Below, one piece after another: positions 10,763-20,542 of a DNA stretch of 64,000 bases; within the stretch, counting starts at the first letter, position 1; each line of letters starts with the position of its first letter. A model generated the notes under the pieces. The model had not been told where the DNA came from, searched no databases, and saw only the letters and a program-made list of their open reading frames with translations. The translations under genes and the position numbers were made by a program. The DNA is from an uncultured Gammaproteobacteria bacterium (GTDB lineage Bacteria > Patescibacteriota > Patescibacteriia > Magasanikbacterales > GWA2-37-8). The DNA is taken from contig CAZWKA010000006.1 in NCBI GenBank assembly GCA_964634875.1, forward strand, positions 12,173 through 76,172, given 5' to 3'.

Positions 10763-10834
10763 AGGCCTGGGCGGGAATCGCACCCGCGCATAAGAGTTTT
10801 GCAGACTCCTGCCTTACTACTTGGCTACCAGGCC
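10763..10834 (-). tRNA. tRNA-Cys(GCA)
   Basis: GGCCTGGTAGCCAAGTAGTAAGGCAGGAGTCT-GCA-AAACTCTT…CCCAGGCCT cloverleaf; CCA not encoded. Confidence 0.93.
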
Positions 10835-10930
10835 GGTACACCTTGAGTTGCGCACTTAGGATACCATAACGACCCTTTCATTTCAAGGCTCTCGCGTGCT
10901 AAGATGGGCACAGGCACATCCCAAGCAAAT

Positions 10931-10978
10931 TCAGCAGAGTAGGCAGAGTAAGTAAAATTACTCTGCCTACTCTGCTGA
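10931..10978. repeat. Perfect 21-bp inverted repeat upstream of polA
   Basis: TCAGCAGAGTAGGCAGAGTAA-gtaaaa-TTACTCTGCCTACTCTGCTGA. Confidence 0.9.
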
Positions 10979-11004
10979 GTACTTACTCCGCTGTATTCAC
11001 TTTC

Positions 11005-13710
11005 ATGTCTAAATTTGTCCTCGTCGATGGTAATGCCATCGTTCACCGTGCGTATCACGCCATTCCACCTTTGACTACCAAGGAGGGTGTTTTAGTAAAT
11101 GCCGTCTACGGCTTCGTTTCCATGCTCTTAAAAGTTTGGAAAGATCTCAAGCCAGAATACCTGGCTGTAACGTTTGACGTGGCGGGTGGCACATTCCGAC
11201 ATGACAAGTTTGAAAAATATAAAGCGACTCGCGTCAAAGCCGACCAAGACCTCTACGACCAAATTCCACTCGTTCACCAAGTGGTCGAAGTCTTTGGTAT
11301 CCCTATTTTTGAAAAAAAGGGTTTCGAAGCTGACGATGTGATCGGTACGATCGCTACCCAATGCTTGGCTGAAACTAATAAAAAAACGGAAGTATATATT
11401 GTTACCGGGGATATGGATACGCTGCAGCTCGTGAACGAGCAGGTAAAAGTGTACACACTCAGGAAGGGATTAAACGATATTGTGGTTTACGACCCGGCCG
11501 AAGTCCGGTCCCGTTATGGCTTTGGTCCAGAAATGATTGTTGATTACAAGGCGCTGCGCGGCGACACCTCTGACAACATTTCGGGCGTTCCAGGTATTGG
11601 TGAAAAAACTGCCACTGAACTTATCCAAAAAATTGGCGGGATCCAGGAAATTTATCATGAACTAGGAAATCAAAAATCATCGATTTTTACCGACTTTAAA
11701 CCGGGTGTGATCAAAAAATTACAAGAAGGACAGGCAGCGGCGGATATGAGCCGCTATCTCGCGACGATTGATCTGGCCGTCCCGGATCTGGGTTTCACGC
11801 TGGAAACGTGTCGTATCAAACCATTTGATAAAGAAAAAATAATTGCCTTGTTCCAAAAGTTTGAATTCATTTCACTCCTTAAGCGGCTGCCTGATTTTGC
11901 GGGCAATCCAGCTGTGACCGAAGAAAAAAAAGCTACCCGTCCGTCTGCGCCGCGGGCAAAACAAACCAGGTCGCTCGAGTATGTTGAAGTCGCAACAGTC
12001 GCTGAGGTGCAAAATTTGGCTGATCACATCAAACAGCATGGTAGTTTTGCTGCGCGGTTGGTAACGAACGGTAATGACTTGTTTAGTGCCACGCTTAGCG
12101 GCGCCTTGTTTGTCGTTGAGCACCACGGTTACTTTGTCCCGCAGCGTCTCTTTAAAAATATCCAACACGTTTTTGCAGATCCCGTACTAACCCTTAACGG
12201 CCACGACCTTAAGCAGTTACTAAAAGTGGCCAGTGTCCATAAAATTGAGATTAAAAATAAGCTGTTTGACGTGATGGTCGCGTCGTATCTTTTGAACCCG
12301 GGCAGCCGCGCTCACGATCCGGCAAGCGTTGTCCTTAAAGTACTCGGAAAAGAATTGTTGGTCGGCGGTGGGCAAGAAAGCCTGTTCGGCGCTGATACCA
12401 AAACGTTGGCGCACGAATTATTTTTACTCAGCGAAACCGTGCCCGAATTAACCCGTGAGCTCAAAGCAATCGACGATTATGGATTGATTGAAAAAATCGA
12501 AATGCCTCTCAGCATTGTTCTTGCTGAAATGGAACTGAATGGTGTTGCTGTTGACCCTGCGAGGCTCGTGGAACTTTCCAAAAAAACAGCGAAAGCACTC
12601 GCTGCTTGCACCAAGAAAATTTACGCTCTCAGTGGTGAAGAGTTTAATATCGCTTCCCCCATCCAGCTGCGTGAAGTTTTGTTTGAGAAAATGAACATTC
12701 CGGTCGAAGGTATAAAAAAAGGAAAAACCGGGTTGTCAACATCCGCTGAGGAGCTTGAAAAACTGCGCGACCTCCATCCAATCATCAACGAGATCTCGGA
12801 ATTTCGCGAGCTTAGTAAGCTGCAAAACACCTATATTGATGTTCTACCAACCCTGGTAAATCCCACCACCCACCGTATTCATACGACGTACAACCAAGCT
12901 GTTGCTGCGACCGGCCGCCTGTCGAGTACTGACCCTAATTTACAAAACATTCCTGTCCGTACTGAGTTGGGGCGTGAAGTGCGTACTGCTTTTGTTGCCG
13001 AAAAAGGAAATATTCTTCTGAGTGCAGACTATTCCCAGATTGAGCTGCGTATCGTGGCATCGCTGGCCGAGGATCAGCGTATGATCGACATTTTTTCGGA
13101 AGGTCTCGACATCCATCAGGCAACCGCCGCTGCCATCAACAATGTGCCGCTTGAGAATGTTACCCGTGAAATGCGCTACGCTGCCAAAGAAGTTAACTTT
13201 GGGGTGTTGTACGGTATGGGCACGCACGGCTTGTCGTGGCGAGCCGGTATCCCCTACTTGCAAGCTAAAGAATTTATTGAAAAATACTTTGAACAATTCA
13301 GTGGGGTCAAGAAATATTTGGACCGCACGATTGCATTTGCCGCTAAGGACGGGTATTGCGAAACGCTTTTTGGTCGGCGCCGGTATATTCCCGAATTGGG
13401 TAGTAAAAATCACCAATTACGTGCGGCTGGTGAACGCATGGCTGTAAACCATCCCGTACAAGGTACGGCCGCCGACCTGATGAAAATGGGTATGATCGAC
13501 GTGTATAAAAAACTACATGCCTCAAAATTTGGTGCTGATGTAAAAATGATCCTTCAGGTGCACGACGAATTAGTCGTCGAAGTAGCAAAAGGATTAGAGA
13601 AAGATGTGGGCGCGCTCCTTAAGGCGACGCTCGAGAACGTCGTCAAGCTCAGGGTGCCTGTAAAAGTAGATCTTAAGACTGGGCAAAATTGGGGCGAAAT
13701 GGAGAAATAA
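11005..13710 (+). CDS. polA: DNA polymerase I
   Basis: 5'-3' exonuclease motifs (VDGNAIVHRAYHA, EADDVIG) and polymerase motifs TGRLSS, DYSQIELR, LQVHDEL. Confidence 0.99.
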   Translation: MSKFVLVDGNAIVHRAYHAIPPLTTKEGVLVNAVYGFVSMLLKVWKDLKPEYLAVTFDVAGGTFRHDKFEKYKATRVKADQDLYDQIPLVHQVVEVFGIPIFEKKGFEADDVIGTIATQCLAETNKKTEVYIVTGDMDTLQLVNEQVKVYTLRKGLNDIVVYDPAEVRSRYGFGPEMIVDYKALRGDTSDNISGVPGIGEKTATELIQKIGGIQEIYHELGNQKSSIFTDFKPGVIKKLQEGQAAADMSRYLATIDLAVPDLGFTLETCRIKPFDKEKIIALFQKFEFISLLKRLPDFAGNPAVTEEKKATRPSAPRAKQTRSLEYVEVATVAEVQNLADHIKQHGSFAARLVTNGNDLFSATLSGALFVVEHHGYFVPQRLFKNIQHVFADPVLTLNGHDLKQLLKVASVHKIEIKNKLFDVMVASYLLNPGSRAHDPASVVLKVLGKELLVGGGQESLFGADTKTLAHELFLLSETVPELTRELKAIDDYGLIEKIEMPLSIVLAEMELNGVAVDPARLVELSKKTAKALAACTKKIYALSGEEFNIASPIQLREVLFEKMNIPVEGIKKGKTGLSTSAEELEKLRDLHPIINEISEFRELSKLQNTYIDVLPTLVNPTTHRIHTTYNQAVAATGRLSSTDPNLQNIPVRTELGREVRTAFVAEKGNILLSADYSQIELRIVASLAEDQRMIDIFSEGLDIHQATAAAINNVPLENVTREMRYAAKEVNFGVLYGMGTHGLSWRAGIPYLQAKEFIEKYFEQFSGVKKYLDRTIAFAAKDGYCETLFGRRRYIPELGSKNHQLRAAGERMAVNHPVQGTAADLMKMGMIDVYKKLHASKFGADVKMILQVHDELVVEVAKGLEKDVGALLKATLENVVKLRVPVKVDLKTGQNWGEMEK

Positions 13711-13743
13711 ACCGCTAAAAAAGCGGTTTTTTCTTGTTTGTAG

Positions 13744-13838
13744 ACTTGACAAGTGGCTTGACAAGTTAATTTAATACTTGACAAGTGGCTTGACAAGTTA
13801 ATTTAATACTTGACAAGATTCATTCTTTAGGATAATAT
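13744..13838 (+). promoter_or_regulatory. Tandem operator-like repeats overlapping a promoter
   Basis: 32-bp unit ACTTGACAAGTGGCTTGACAAGTTAATTTAAT twice plus ACTTGACAAG (5 copies of CTTGACAAG); the last copy gives TTGACA-17-TAATAT. Confidence 0.8.
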
Positions 13839-13846
13839 AAAGACAT

Positions 13847-14890
13847 ATGAATCTTGAAGAACAGATTTTAAACAATATTAAAGAAAAAGGCTCTATTAGA
13901 GCTAAAGAAATAAGTCAACTGAGCGGTTTATCAAAACAGTCAGTTGTTGTGTCGCTGAAAAGGTTGATTGAAAGCAAGAAGATTGCTCGATTGGGCCAAA
14001 CTAACCATGTAAGATATGTTTTGTTTGATGATGCTGAGAGAATTACAAATGGCCCGGGTGAGAAGGTTTGGCATCGTCGAATAGAGAGGGTGGAAAATAA
14101 AAATGAATCAGCTGTTTTTGGAGAGCTTAAAGAATCTTTCTTTTTTAAACATGCAAGATTAAGTAAGGAGGTAACGAGAATTATTGAGCATGCTTTTACG
14201 GAAATGTTAAATAATGCAATAGAACATTCAGGCTCTGAGGTTATTGAGATTTGGGTTCGCGTAAATGAAAGAGCCTTCTCTTTTGAGATTGTTGATCGTG
14301 GTGTGGGTATCTTCAATAATATAAAACAAAAAAGAAAGCTAGAAAACGATGTTGAAGCTGCCCAAGATATCTTTAAGGGCAAGCAAACCACAATGCCCGC
14401 GACACACTCAGGTCAAGGTATTTTTTTCACCTCTAAAATGGCGGATAAATTCTGGATCATTAGTAACAAAACTGAAGTGCTTGTTGACAATACTATCCCA
14501 GATTTTTTTATTAAGCCGCACCGCCAACGCACAGGAACATTAGTGGGTTTTTTAATTGCTGTTTTGAGTCCTAAGAAGATTCAGGACGTTTTTAATCAGT
14601 TTACGGATGAAAATTTGCGATTTAATGAGACGAAATTTAATGTTAACCTCTATGCGATGGAAGACAGTTTCGTCTCCCGCTCCCAAGCCCGCCGCCTCTT
14701 GGCTGGACTCGATGAATTCAAACGCATTGTGCTTGATTTCAACCGTGTTGAATTTATCGGCCAAGGCTTTGCTGATGAAATTTTCCGGGTCTACAAAAAT
14801 TTCCATCCGGATGTGGAGATTACGTTTGTGAACACGACGCCCGAAGTGGAGGCGATGATTCGGCGTGCGATGGCTGAAGTTGAAAAATAA
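13847..14890 (+). CDS. wHTH + HATPase_c-like + STAS-like (DUF4325) protein
   Basis: N-terminal HTH; EMLNNAIEHS, DRGVGI and HSGQGIFF GHKL boxes; SRSQARR…LDFNRVEFIGQGFADEIF. Confidence 0.85.
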   Translation: MNLEEQILNNIKEKGSIRAKEISQLSGLSKQSVVVSLKRLIESKKIARLGQTNHVRYVLFDDAERITNGPGEKVWHRRIERVENKNESAVFGELKESFFFKHARLSKEVTRIIEHAFTEMLNNAIEHSGSEVIEIWVRVNERAFSFEIVDRGVGIFNNIKQKRKLENDVEAAQDIFKGKQTTMPATHSGQGIFFTSKMADKFWIISNKTEVLVDNTIPDFFIKPHRQRTGTLVGFLIAVLSPKKIQDVFNQFTDENLRFNETKFNVNLYAMEDSFVSRSQARRLLAGLDEFKRIVLDFNRVEFIGQGFADEIFRVYKNFHPDVEITFVNTTPEVEAMIRRAMAEVEK

Positions 14891-15031
14891 TATAATAATA
14901 AAAAACCGTCCCAACAGCGGGGCGGTTTTTTATTTTCCTCACAACACAAAGAGTTGTAGTGTAGGGAAAGCGTGCCCGCGGGAACACAGGTTCCCGCGGG
15001 TGGGGGGGGGTAGATGTCTGCCGCGACGCGT

Positions 15032-15499
15032 TTAGTCGGGCTTGATCGTCGGGGGGTTGTGGTCGGTGACCACGATGGTGCAGTCGATGGGCGACTTCTT
15101 GGGATCGAGCAGTCGGCTTGTCCGCAGAGACCCCACGTTCGGCTCGTCCACGCCCATCGGGTCCCCGCACCGGAAGAGCTCGAAGGTGCTCTTCTTCCAG
15201 TCAGAGCCTGATCTGTCCGTCACGGGCGCGAAATAGAATTCGACCAACTGTCGGGCCGATTCCTGGACGCCGTAGTGCTCGACCGTGAACACCAGCTCCG
15301 TACCCGAGGCCTCGGTGTACTGCATGGCGACATCGGCAAAGTGGATGATCCGCCAGGGGTGCGGCGAGGTTGCGCTCAAAATGCCGAACGCGCTGGTCTT
15401 GGTTGAAGATCCTCGCTCGTCCAATTTGTTGGGCAGACCGCTGCTGCAACCAACAGTGAGTACGGCTGCAGCAAGACCAAATATCCGCAATTGTTTCAT
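15032..15499 (-). CDS. Putative lipoprotein
   Basis: MKQLRIFGLAAAVLTVG-C lipobox, GGGGAG SD, GC-rich; C9 tract and hairpin downstream. Confidence 0.72.
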   Translation of the reverse strand: MKQLRIFGLAAAVLTVGCSSGLPNKLDERGSSTKTSAFGILSATSPHPWRIIHFADVAMQYTEASGTELVFTVEHYGVQESARQLVEFYFAPVTDRSGSDWKKSTFELFRCGDPMGVDEPNVGSLRTSRLLDPKKSPIDCTIVVTDHNPPTIKPD

Positions 15500-15651
15500 C
15501 GTATTCTCCCCATGGCAAAGTGCCAGGCCAATACTGTCTAGCATGAAAAAGCCCGGTTGTCAACGGTAATTCAATAACAAAATTTTGCCTAAAGACTTGA
15601 CAAATAAGGGTGCGCAGGTAGGATGGGTCAAACTATCACAAGGAGTCCGCC

Positions 15652-16089
15652 ATGAGAGCTTTATTTGCCGCTGCAGGTCTATTGGTTGCGTCCGGATGCA
15701 GTCTTGGTTGGGACTTTCTTTTCAGACAGAAGGAGGGCGTTGTCGATACTGAGCCTCTGCCCGCAGGTTCGCACGTCTATTGTACGGTCAAAGAAAATGC
15801 GGACGGAGGTAACCGCCCCTTCTTTATTAACAACGATCGGATCGCTTCTGGTCGGTGGCGGTACAGTGTTGAGGGCATGCTACTGTGTGAGTGTGAAGGT
15901 TGGCACCGTCTTAAGGTGTTTGCGTATGAGGACAGGCCGGTTGGCGAACGCAGCCGCATCGGCGACTATGTCTTCGTAGGCACCCGGAAACTTGAGGCAT
16001 TCAGTGTCGAGGTGCCGCCCGGCCTGAAGCCCGGCCAGTCATTCTGGCTCGAAGGCGAGTGTGTCGAAGACCTGCAGTCGACCAAATGA
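15652..16089 (+). CDS. Putative lipoprotein
   Basis: MRALFAAAGLLVASG-C lipobox, AAGGAG SD, promoter TTGACA-16-TAGGAT at 15597-15624; 3' hairpin AGCCGTCCGGTG/CACCGGACGGCT. Confidence 0.75.
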   Translation: MRALFAAAGLLVASGCSLGWDFLFRQKEGVVDTEPLPAGSHVYCTVKENADGGNRPFFINNDRIASGRWRYSVEGMLLCECEGWHRLKVFAYEDRPVGERSRIGDYVFVGTRKLEAFSVEVPPGLKPGQSFWLEGECVEDLQSTK

Positions 16090-16203
16090 TTGATTAGAAA
16101 GCCGTCCGGTGATGCGACACCGGACGGCTACCATCTCTCTACCCTTACAATTTTTTAAATAAAAAACACCCTCGAATTTTCCGAGGGTGTTTTGTTACAA
16201 GTA

Positions 16204-16758
16204 TTATTTTTTCATTATTTCCTCTTTTTTCATGCCTCCTCCGCCGCAGCAAGCTCCTTTCATTCCCGCGCCGCAACATCCGTCCGCCATCGCACCTTCC
16301 ATTTTGTCGTTGCAAGTACCCTCCTTACCAGCAGCCAGGCATTTTGGGCAAACACATTCAGCGCGAACTAGACGATATTCTCCGGCCCCAACACCCATAA
16401 GCGCGAGACAGCTGCCCAGAAGTACTATCGGCATGAAAAAACCAGTAAAAGGACCGCTCCGATGGGCGGTAAGCATGGCTACAATCATGATGATGGCAAG
16501 CCAGCTACCAGCAATGCGGGCAAAGACACCGAGGAGCACCATAAGTCCGCCAACCACTTCGGCTGCCCCAACAAAATATGCCCAAAACATGGGTAGTGGA
16601 AAGCCAAGCCCGGTGAACATGCCAATTGTCATTTCAGGGTGGTCAAAAAGTTTTCCGTATCCTTGGTAAATGAAGACGATACCGACCGCGACGCGCAGGG
16701 CCAAAAGTCCCCACGATTCCATTTTTGGGTTACACCGGAGCATGTGCTTGCACAGCAT
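16204..16758 (-). CDS. DoxX family membrane protein with Cys-rich tail
   Basis: LALRVAVGIVFIYQGYGKL, AEVVGGLMVLLG and GAGEY motifs. Confidence 0.88.
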   Translation of the reverse strand: MLCKHMLRCNPKMESWGLLALRVAVGIVFIYQGYGKLFDHPEMTIGMFTGLGFPLPMFWAYFVGAAEVVGGLMVLLGVFARIAGSWLAIIMIVAMLTAHRSGPFTGFFMPIVLLGSCLALMGVGAGEYRLVRAECVCPKCLAAGKEGTCNDKMEGAMADGCCGAGMKGACCGGGGMKKEEIMKK

Positions 16759-16787
16759 ACTTTTTAGTTTAAAAATTAATGAATCTT

Positions 16788-18035
16788 TTAGTCCTTAGCT
16801 TTTTGTTTTTCGCTTTCGATGTCGATTATATAGCGGAAACTCAAAGAATGCAATGTCCAGTCAACAATTATCTTAAGTTTGCGCAGTAACCCGGGCATAA
16901 ACAGTAAATATGCTGTGCGCCTGATCCACCACGCCAGGGGGCCAAAGAGAATGAATGACCCGAGCACCATTACGCCGTACCAATCACCAACCGGAACCAA
17001 CATGCCGCGTGATTTAAAATAAAAAGGACGTAGTTTGCGTTTTTGGAGGCTGGCAACAATGTGCTTGGCGATGAAGCCGCCTTGTTTATGCGCGACTTCC
17101 CCAAGCTGCGGAGCAGGCAACGTACTCCCCTGGTTGCAAAAATGTGCAATATCCCCAACAGCGTACAATGTTGGGTCAATGATCGAATGCAGGAATTCGT
17201 TCGTTAGAATGCGGCCGTTTTCTTGGTACGGAGCGCTGAGATAGCGGTCTGCTTGGTTTTTGACGCCAGCACACCACACCGTAAAGTCACTCTCAATTTC
17301 TTGGCCGTCATTAAAGATGATAGATTTTTTTGTAACCGTTTTTACAGGGTGTTGCAAAAGAAGTTCTACTCCCTCACGGATCAGGTGTCGTTTGATACGG
17401 GTTTGTACCTTTTCAGGTAGGACACTCAAAATAGTCGGTCCGGCTTCAATGATACGCAGTGTGGTTTGTTGTTTGGGGTACAGTTTGGCGAGGTCGTGTT
17501 TAATGAGGTGTTGGAGTTGTCCTGCTGTTTCAATACCAGTATACCCTCCGCCAATGACATTGATAGTGATTGGTGCGCTTGCCCGCTCAAAAGCAGTTAT
17601 TAAATCTTGTCGGAGCTGCATCGCTTTGGGCAGCGTTCGTACGGTATAGCTGTAGTCGCTCGCCCCGGGTGTATTAAAATAGTTAACGCCACTCCCGAGA
17701 CCCACGACCAGATAGCTGTATTCAATTGCCCCGCTTTCCGTAAGGACGATTTTTTCAGCTGGTCTGATTTCGGTAACTCGCGTTTTGAGGAATGTGTGGG
17801 GTGTTCCATAGGTAAGCTCTCGAAGCGGTACGGTGCAGTGACTCGGTTCAATGGCGCCCGAAGCTACCTCGTGCAGCATGGGTGTAAAGGTAAAATAATT
17901 GTTGTGATCAACAATCGTAATTGTTTGGGGTAAACCACAGCGCTTCAAGAGCCGGGCAAGCGTACGAAACGTTTCATAGCCGCCAATACCAGCTCCAAGG
18001 ATAAGGATGTCGGTTTGCCAAGTTGCTTTTTCCAT
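16788..18035 (-). CDS. ndh: Type II NADH dehydrogenase-like FAD oxidoreductase
   Basis: ILGAGIGG, FTPMLHEVASG, VIGGGYTGIE, YAVGDIA and APQLGEVA motifs. Confidence 0.85.
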   Translation of the reverse strand: MEKATWQTDILILGAGIGGYETFRTLARLLKRCGLPQTITIVDHNNYFTFTPMLHEVASGAIEPSHCTVPLRELTYGTPHTFLKTRVTEIRPAEKIVLTESGAIEYSYLVVGLGSGVNYFNTPGASDYSYTVRTLPKAMQLRQDLITAFERASAPITINVIGGGYTGIETAGQLQHLIKHDLAKLYPKQQTTLRIIEAGPTILSVLPEKVQTRIKRHLIREGVELLLQHPVKTVTKKSIIFNDGQEIESDFTVWCAGVKNQADRYLSAPYQENGRILTNEFLHSIIDPTLYAVGDIAHFCNQGSTLPAPQLGEVAHKQGGFIAKHIVASLQKRKLRPFYFKSRGMLVPVGDWYGVMVLGSFILFGPLAWWIRRTAYLLFMPGLLRKLKIIVDWTLHSLSFRYIIDIESEKQKAKD

Positions 18036-18211
18036 AGCTAAAAACAGGGATGAACTGGCTAGAGTATAGCACGACCGTGTGAATTGTTAAATTGTTTCGT
18101 TGTTAGTGTACGGTTTTTTGATTACGAAACCGAGAAATAAAAACCACCATTGCCTTCTGCCCCACGTCAGTATATGATACGCGCCAGTAGTCGTTTTTGA
18201 GATTAAAAAGT

Positions 18212-19171
18212 ATGATCATTTTTGTCCACGGAGAAGACACGTTCCGCAGTCACCACTATGCCGCGGAGCAGGTCGAAAAATTCAAAAAAGCTCGGGATCC
18301 AGCCGGGTATAATGTGGCGGTTATTGATGGTAAAAAAGAACCCTTAGGAAAAATACTGGAGACCATTATGGCGAGCCCTTTTTTGGCTGAAAAACGAATG
18401 GTGCGAGTTAATAATATACTTTCCAACTCAGACAAAGGATTGCTCGCTGACCTAGTCGGGCGCCTTTCCGGTCAAAAAATGCCTGAGTCTACGGCCATCC
18501 TTTTTTGGCAAGGTGAACCCCTCTCGAAAGTAAAAGAAGCTAAAGAGCTGCAGGCGTTGTTACTGAAAGAAAAATATGTCCAGGAATTTCCTACTTTAGT
18601 CGGGCCAAAACTACAGGCTTGGATTCAAGAGGAAAGTAAGAAAAAAGACGGCAGCATTTCCCCGTCTGCAGCCGCCTATCTCGCTGCGAACAGCGGTGCG
18701 GATATGTGGCTCCTCACTTCACTTCTTAACCAATTGGTTGCTTTTAAAAATGGTCAGCGTATTGAAACCGCTGATGTCGAGCTCTTTTTAGACGAACAAG
18801 GTTCTGAAACCATTTTTAATGCTATTGATGCTGTTGCTGAAGGAAATAGTAAAAAAGCGTTTCTACTTTTGAGTGCGCAGCGAACCTTGGGTGCAGAAGA
18901 GGGATTTATTTTCAACATGCTGCTGCGTCAATTCAAGATCTTGCTCCAAATGAAAGATCTTGCTGAGCGCGAGAACCCTTCGCCCGATACCATGGCTAAA
19001 CTTCTTGGCCTCCCACCGTTTGTGGCCAAAAAAAGCGCCGGAGTACTCCGTCGCTTTACACTCGCTCAGCTCGAAGCCCGTTATCGAGAACTCTTGAATA
19101 TTGATCTTTCGATGAAAACGGGTGCAGCCGATCAGGCTGTGTTGGTGGATCGTTTTATTGCCACCGTTTAA
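18212..19171 (+). CDS. holA: DNA polymerase III delta subunit
   Basis: MIIFVHGEDTF, SPFLAEKRMV and IDLSMKTG motifs; near rpsT as usual. Confidence 0.92.
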   Translation: MIIFVHGEDTFRSHHYAAEQVEKFKKARDPAGYNVAVIDGKKEPLGKILETIMASPFLAEKRMVRVNNILSNSDKGLLADLVGRLSGQKMPESTAILFWQGEPLSKVKEAKELQALLLKEKYVQEFPTLVGPKLQAWIQEESKKKDGSISPSAAAYLAANSGADMWLLTSLLNQLVAFKNGQRIETADVELFLDEQGSETIFNAIDAVAEGNSKKAFLLLSAQRTLGAEEGFIFNMLLRQFKILLQMKDLAERENPSPDTMAKLLGLPPFVAKKSAGVLRRFTLAQLEARYRELLNIDLSMKTGAADQAVLVDRFIATV

Positions 19172-20046
19172 GCCCGTGCTTCGGAAAAATGTTTGTGTTT
19201 TACTTCTTCGGCCTCGCCTCGAGTAAGGGTTGGTTCAAAATGGCGAAATTCACCTTTGGCTAAATCTTCTCGATACTCATCAAAAACCCTCCCCAGGTCA
19301 GATTTTATTTCTTCAAAAACTAATCGTGTCGCTAGTTCTTCAACAAGCCTCTCGGGGAGGCCGTTAAAACGCGCTCGGTAGACGGGTAAACGAGCCTCGA
19401 TTGCAGACCGATCAAGCCGTTTGGAAAAAAGTTCGTATTTATGGGCGAGTTCACGTTCGATGCTGGGTGCTAACCCCTCTACTTTCCGTAGCACTTCACC
19501 AACTGAATGTGGAAAACGTTCGGCCAAGACTTGGAGTAAGCTTGTCTTGCCTTCGACCACATCCATCATGGTGCCCGAAAGGTGTGGGGGGAAAAGAGTT
19601 TCTAAAACTTTGATGCCGCTTACTTCTTTTACATTTCTGCCTTCAACTTTGCGCACCAGGACCGTTATATTTTTTTTACCTTCGTACGTGCTGATTTCTT
19701 TTACTCCCACTTTTTCATCAGTATCCTCGCGGAAACTAAGCATGGAAATAATTTTTTTGTTGTGGTCCAGTTGGTCTTTGGCTTCTTTGCGTCCATTTTT
19801 TTTACCGGGCTGTTCGAGTAGTCCAAAATGTTCTTCAAAAGAAACGGTTGGCGTACCGACAAAATTATGCGGAGAGTAACTTTTTTTATAAAAACCAGTA
19901 GCGTTCTCAGAAAGTATCTGGAGCTGCGCGTACAGGTTGCCTAATTTTTTGGAAACTTGTTGCGCCAGCCAATCTTGGACAATTGCCTTGGTACTGATTT
20001 GCCGAGCAACAAAACTCTCGATTTGCTTGGGATTGTTGAGGTCCAT
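19168..20046 (-). CDS. Hypothetical protein
   Basis: 292-aa charged helical ORF between holA and rpsT. Confidence 0.7.
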   Translation of the reverse strand: MDLNNPKQIESFVARQISTKAIVQDWLAQQVSKKLGNLYAQLQILSENATGFYKKSYSPHNFVGTPTVSFEEHFGLLEQPGKKNGRKEAKDQLDHNKKIISMLSFREDTDEKVGVKEISTYEGKKNITVLVRKVEGRNVKEVSGIKVLETLFPPHLSGTMMDVVEGKTSLLQVLAERFPHSVGEVLRKVEGLAPSIERELAHKYELFSKRLDRSAIEARLPVYRARFNGLPERLVEELATRLVFEEIKSDLGRVFDEYREDLAKGEFRHFEPTLTRGEAEEVKHKHFSEARA

Positions 20047-20100
20047 AGTAAAAAAATCCTGGTCGCTTGAGGGCGACCAGGAGGAAGTATACCAGGAAAA

Positions 20101-20358
20101 TTATTTTTTTGCCATCGCATTTACTTTCTTCATGAGACGGGAAAGTTTGCGAGCGGCCGTATTTTTTTTGATCACGCCGCGTTTAGCTGCTTTGTCGAGG
20201 GCTTGTTGGGCGGCGCGGGCCATTTTTTTCGCTTCGTCTCCGCTAGTTTTGAGTGTTTTTTTCACTGCTTCTTTGAAAGCGTCTTTGCGGGCTTTGTTAA
20301 GGGTCGCATGTTTGCGACTCTGGCGCAAAGCCTTTTTAGCATTTTGCTTATTTGGCAT
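20101..20358 (-). CDS. rpsT: 30S ribosomal protein S20
   Basis: MPNKQNAKKALRQ…LDKAAKRGVIKKNTAARKLSRL. Confidence 0.98.
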   Translation of the reverse strand: MPNKQNAKKALRQSRKHATLNKARKDAFKEAVKKTLKTSGDEAKKMARAAQQALDKAAKRGVIKKNTAARKLSRLMKKVNAMAKK

Positions 20359-20542
20359 AGGTCAGTTTAGAAGTAAAAAATATTGAGAGCAATAGAACGA
20401 GTATAGCTGATGCGTGGCAAAACGTCAAGTTAGAGCCAAAAACCGTGTTCGCCTATTGACAAAACAGGCTTTTTCTGTTATGTACAAGATAAGAAAGTTC
20501 GCTTCCGTCCTGGATTCCCAACCACTTTTGTGAGGTCACGAA

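Noticed and set aside
13744-13817. CRISPR-like repeat
   Set aside because: Head-to-tail tandem units with no unique spacers and no cas genes.
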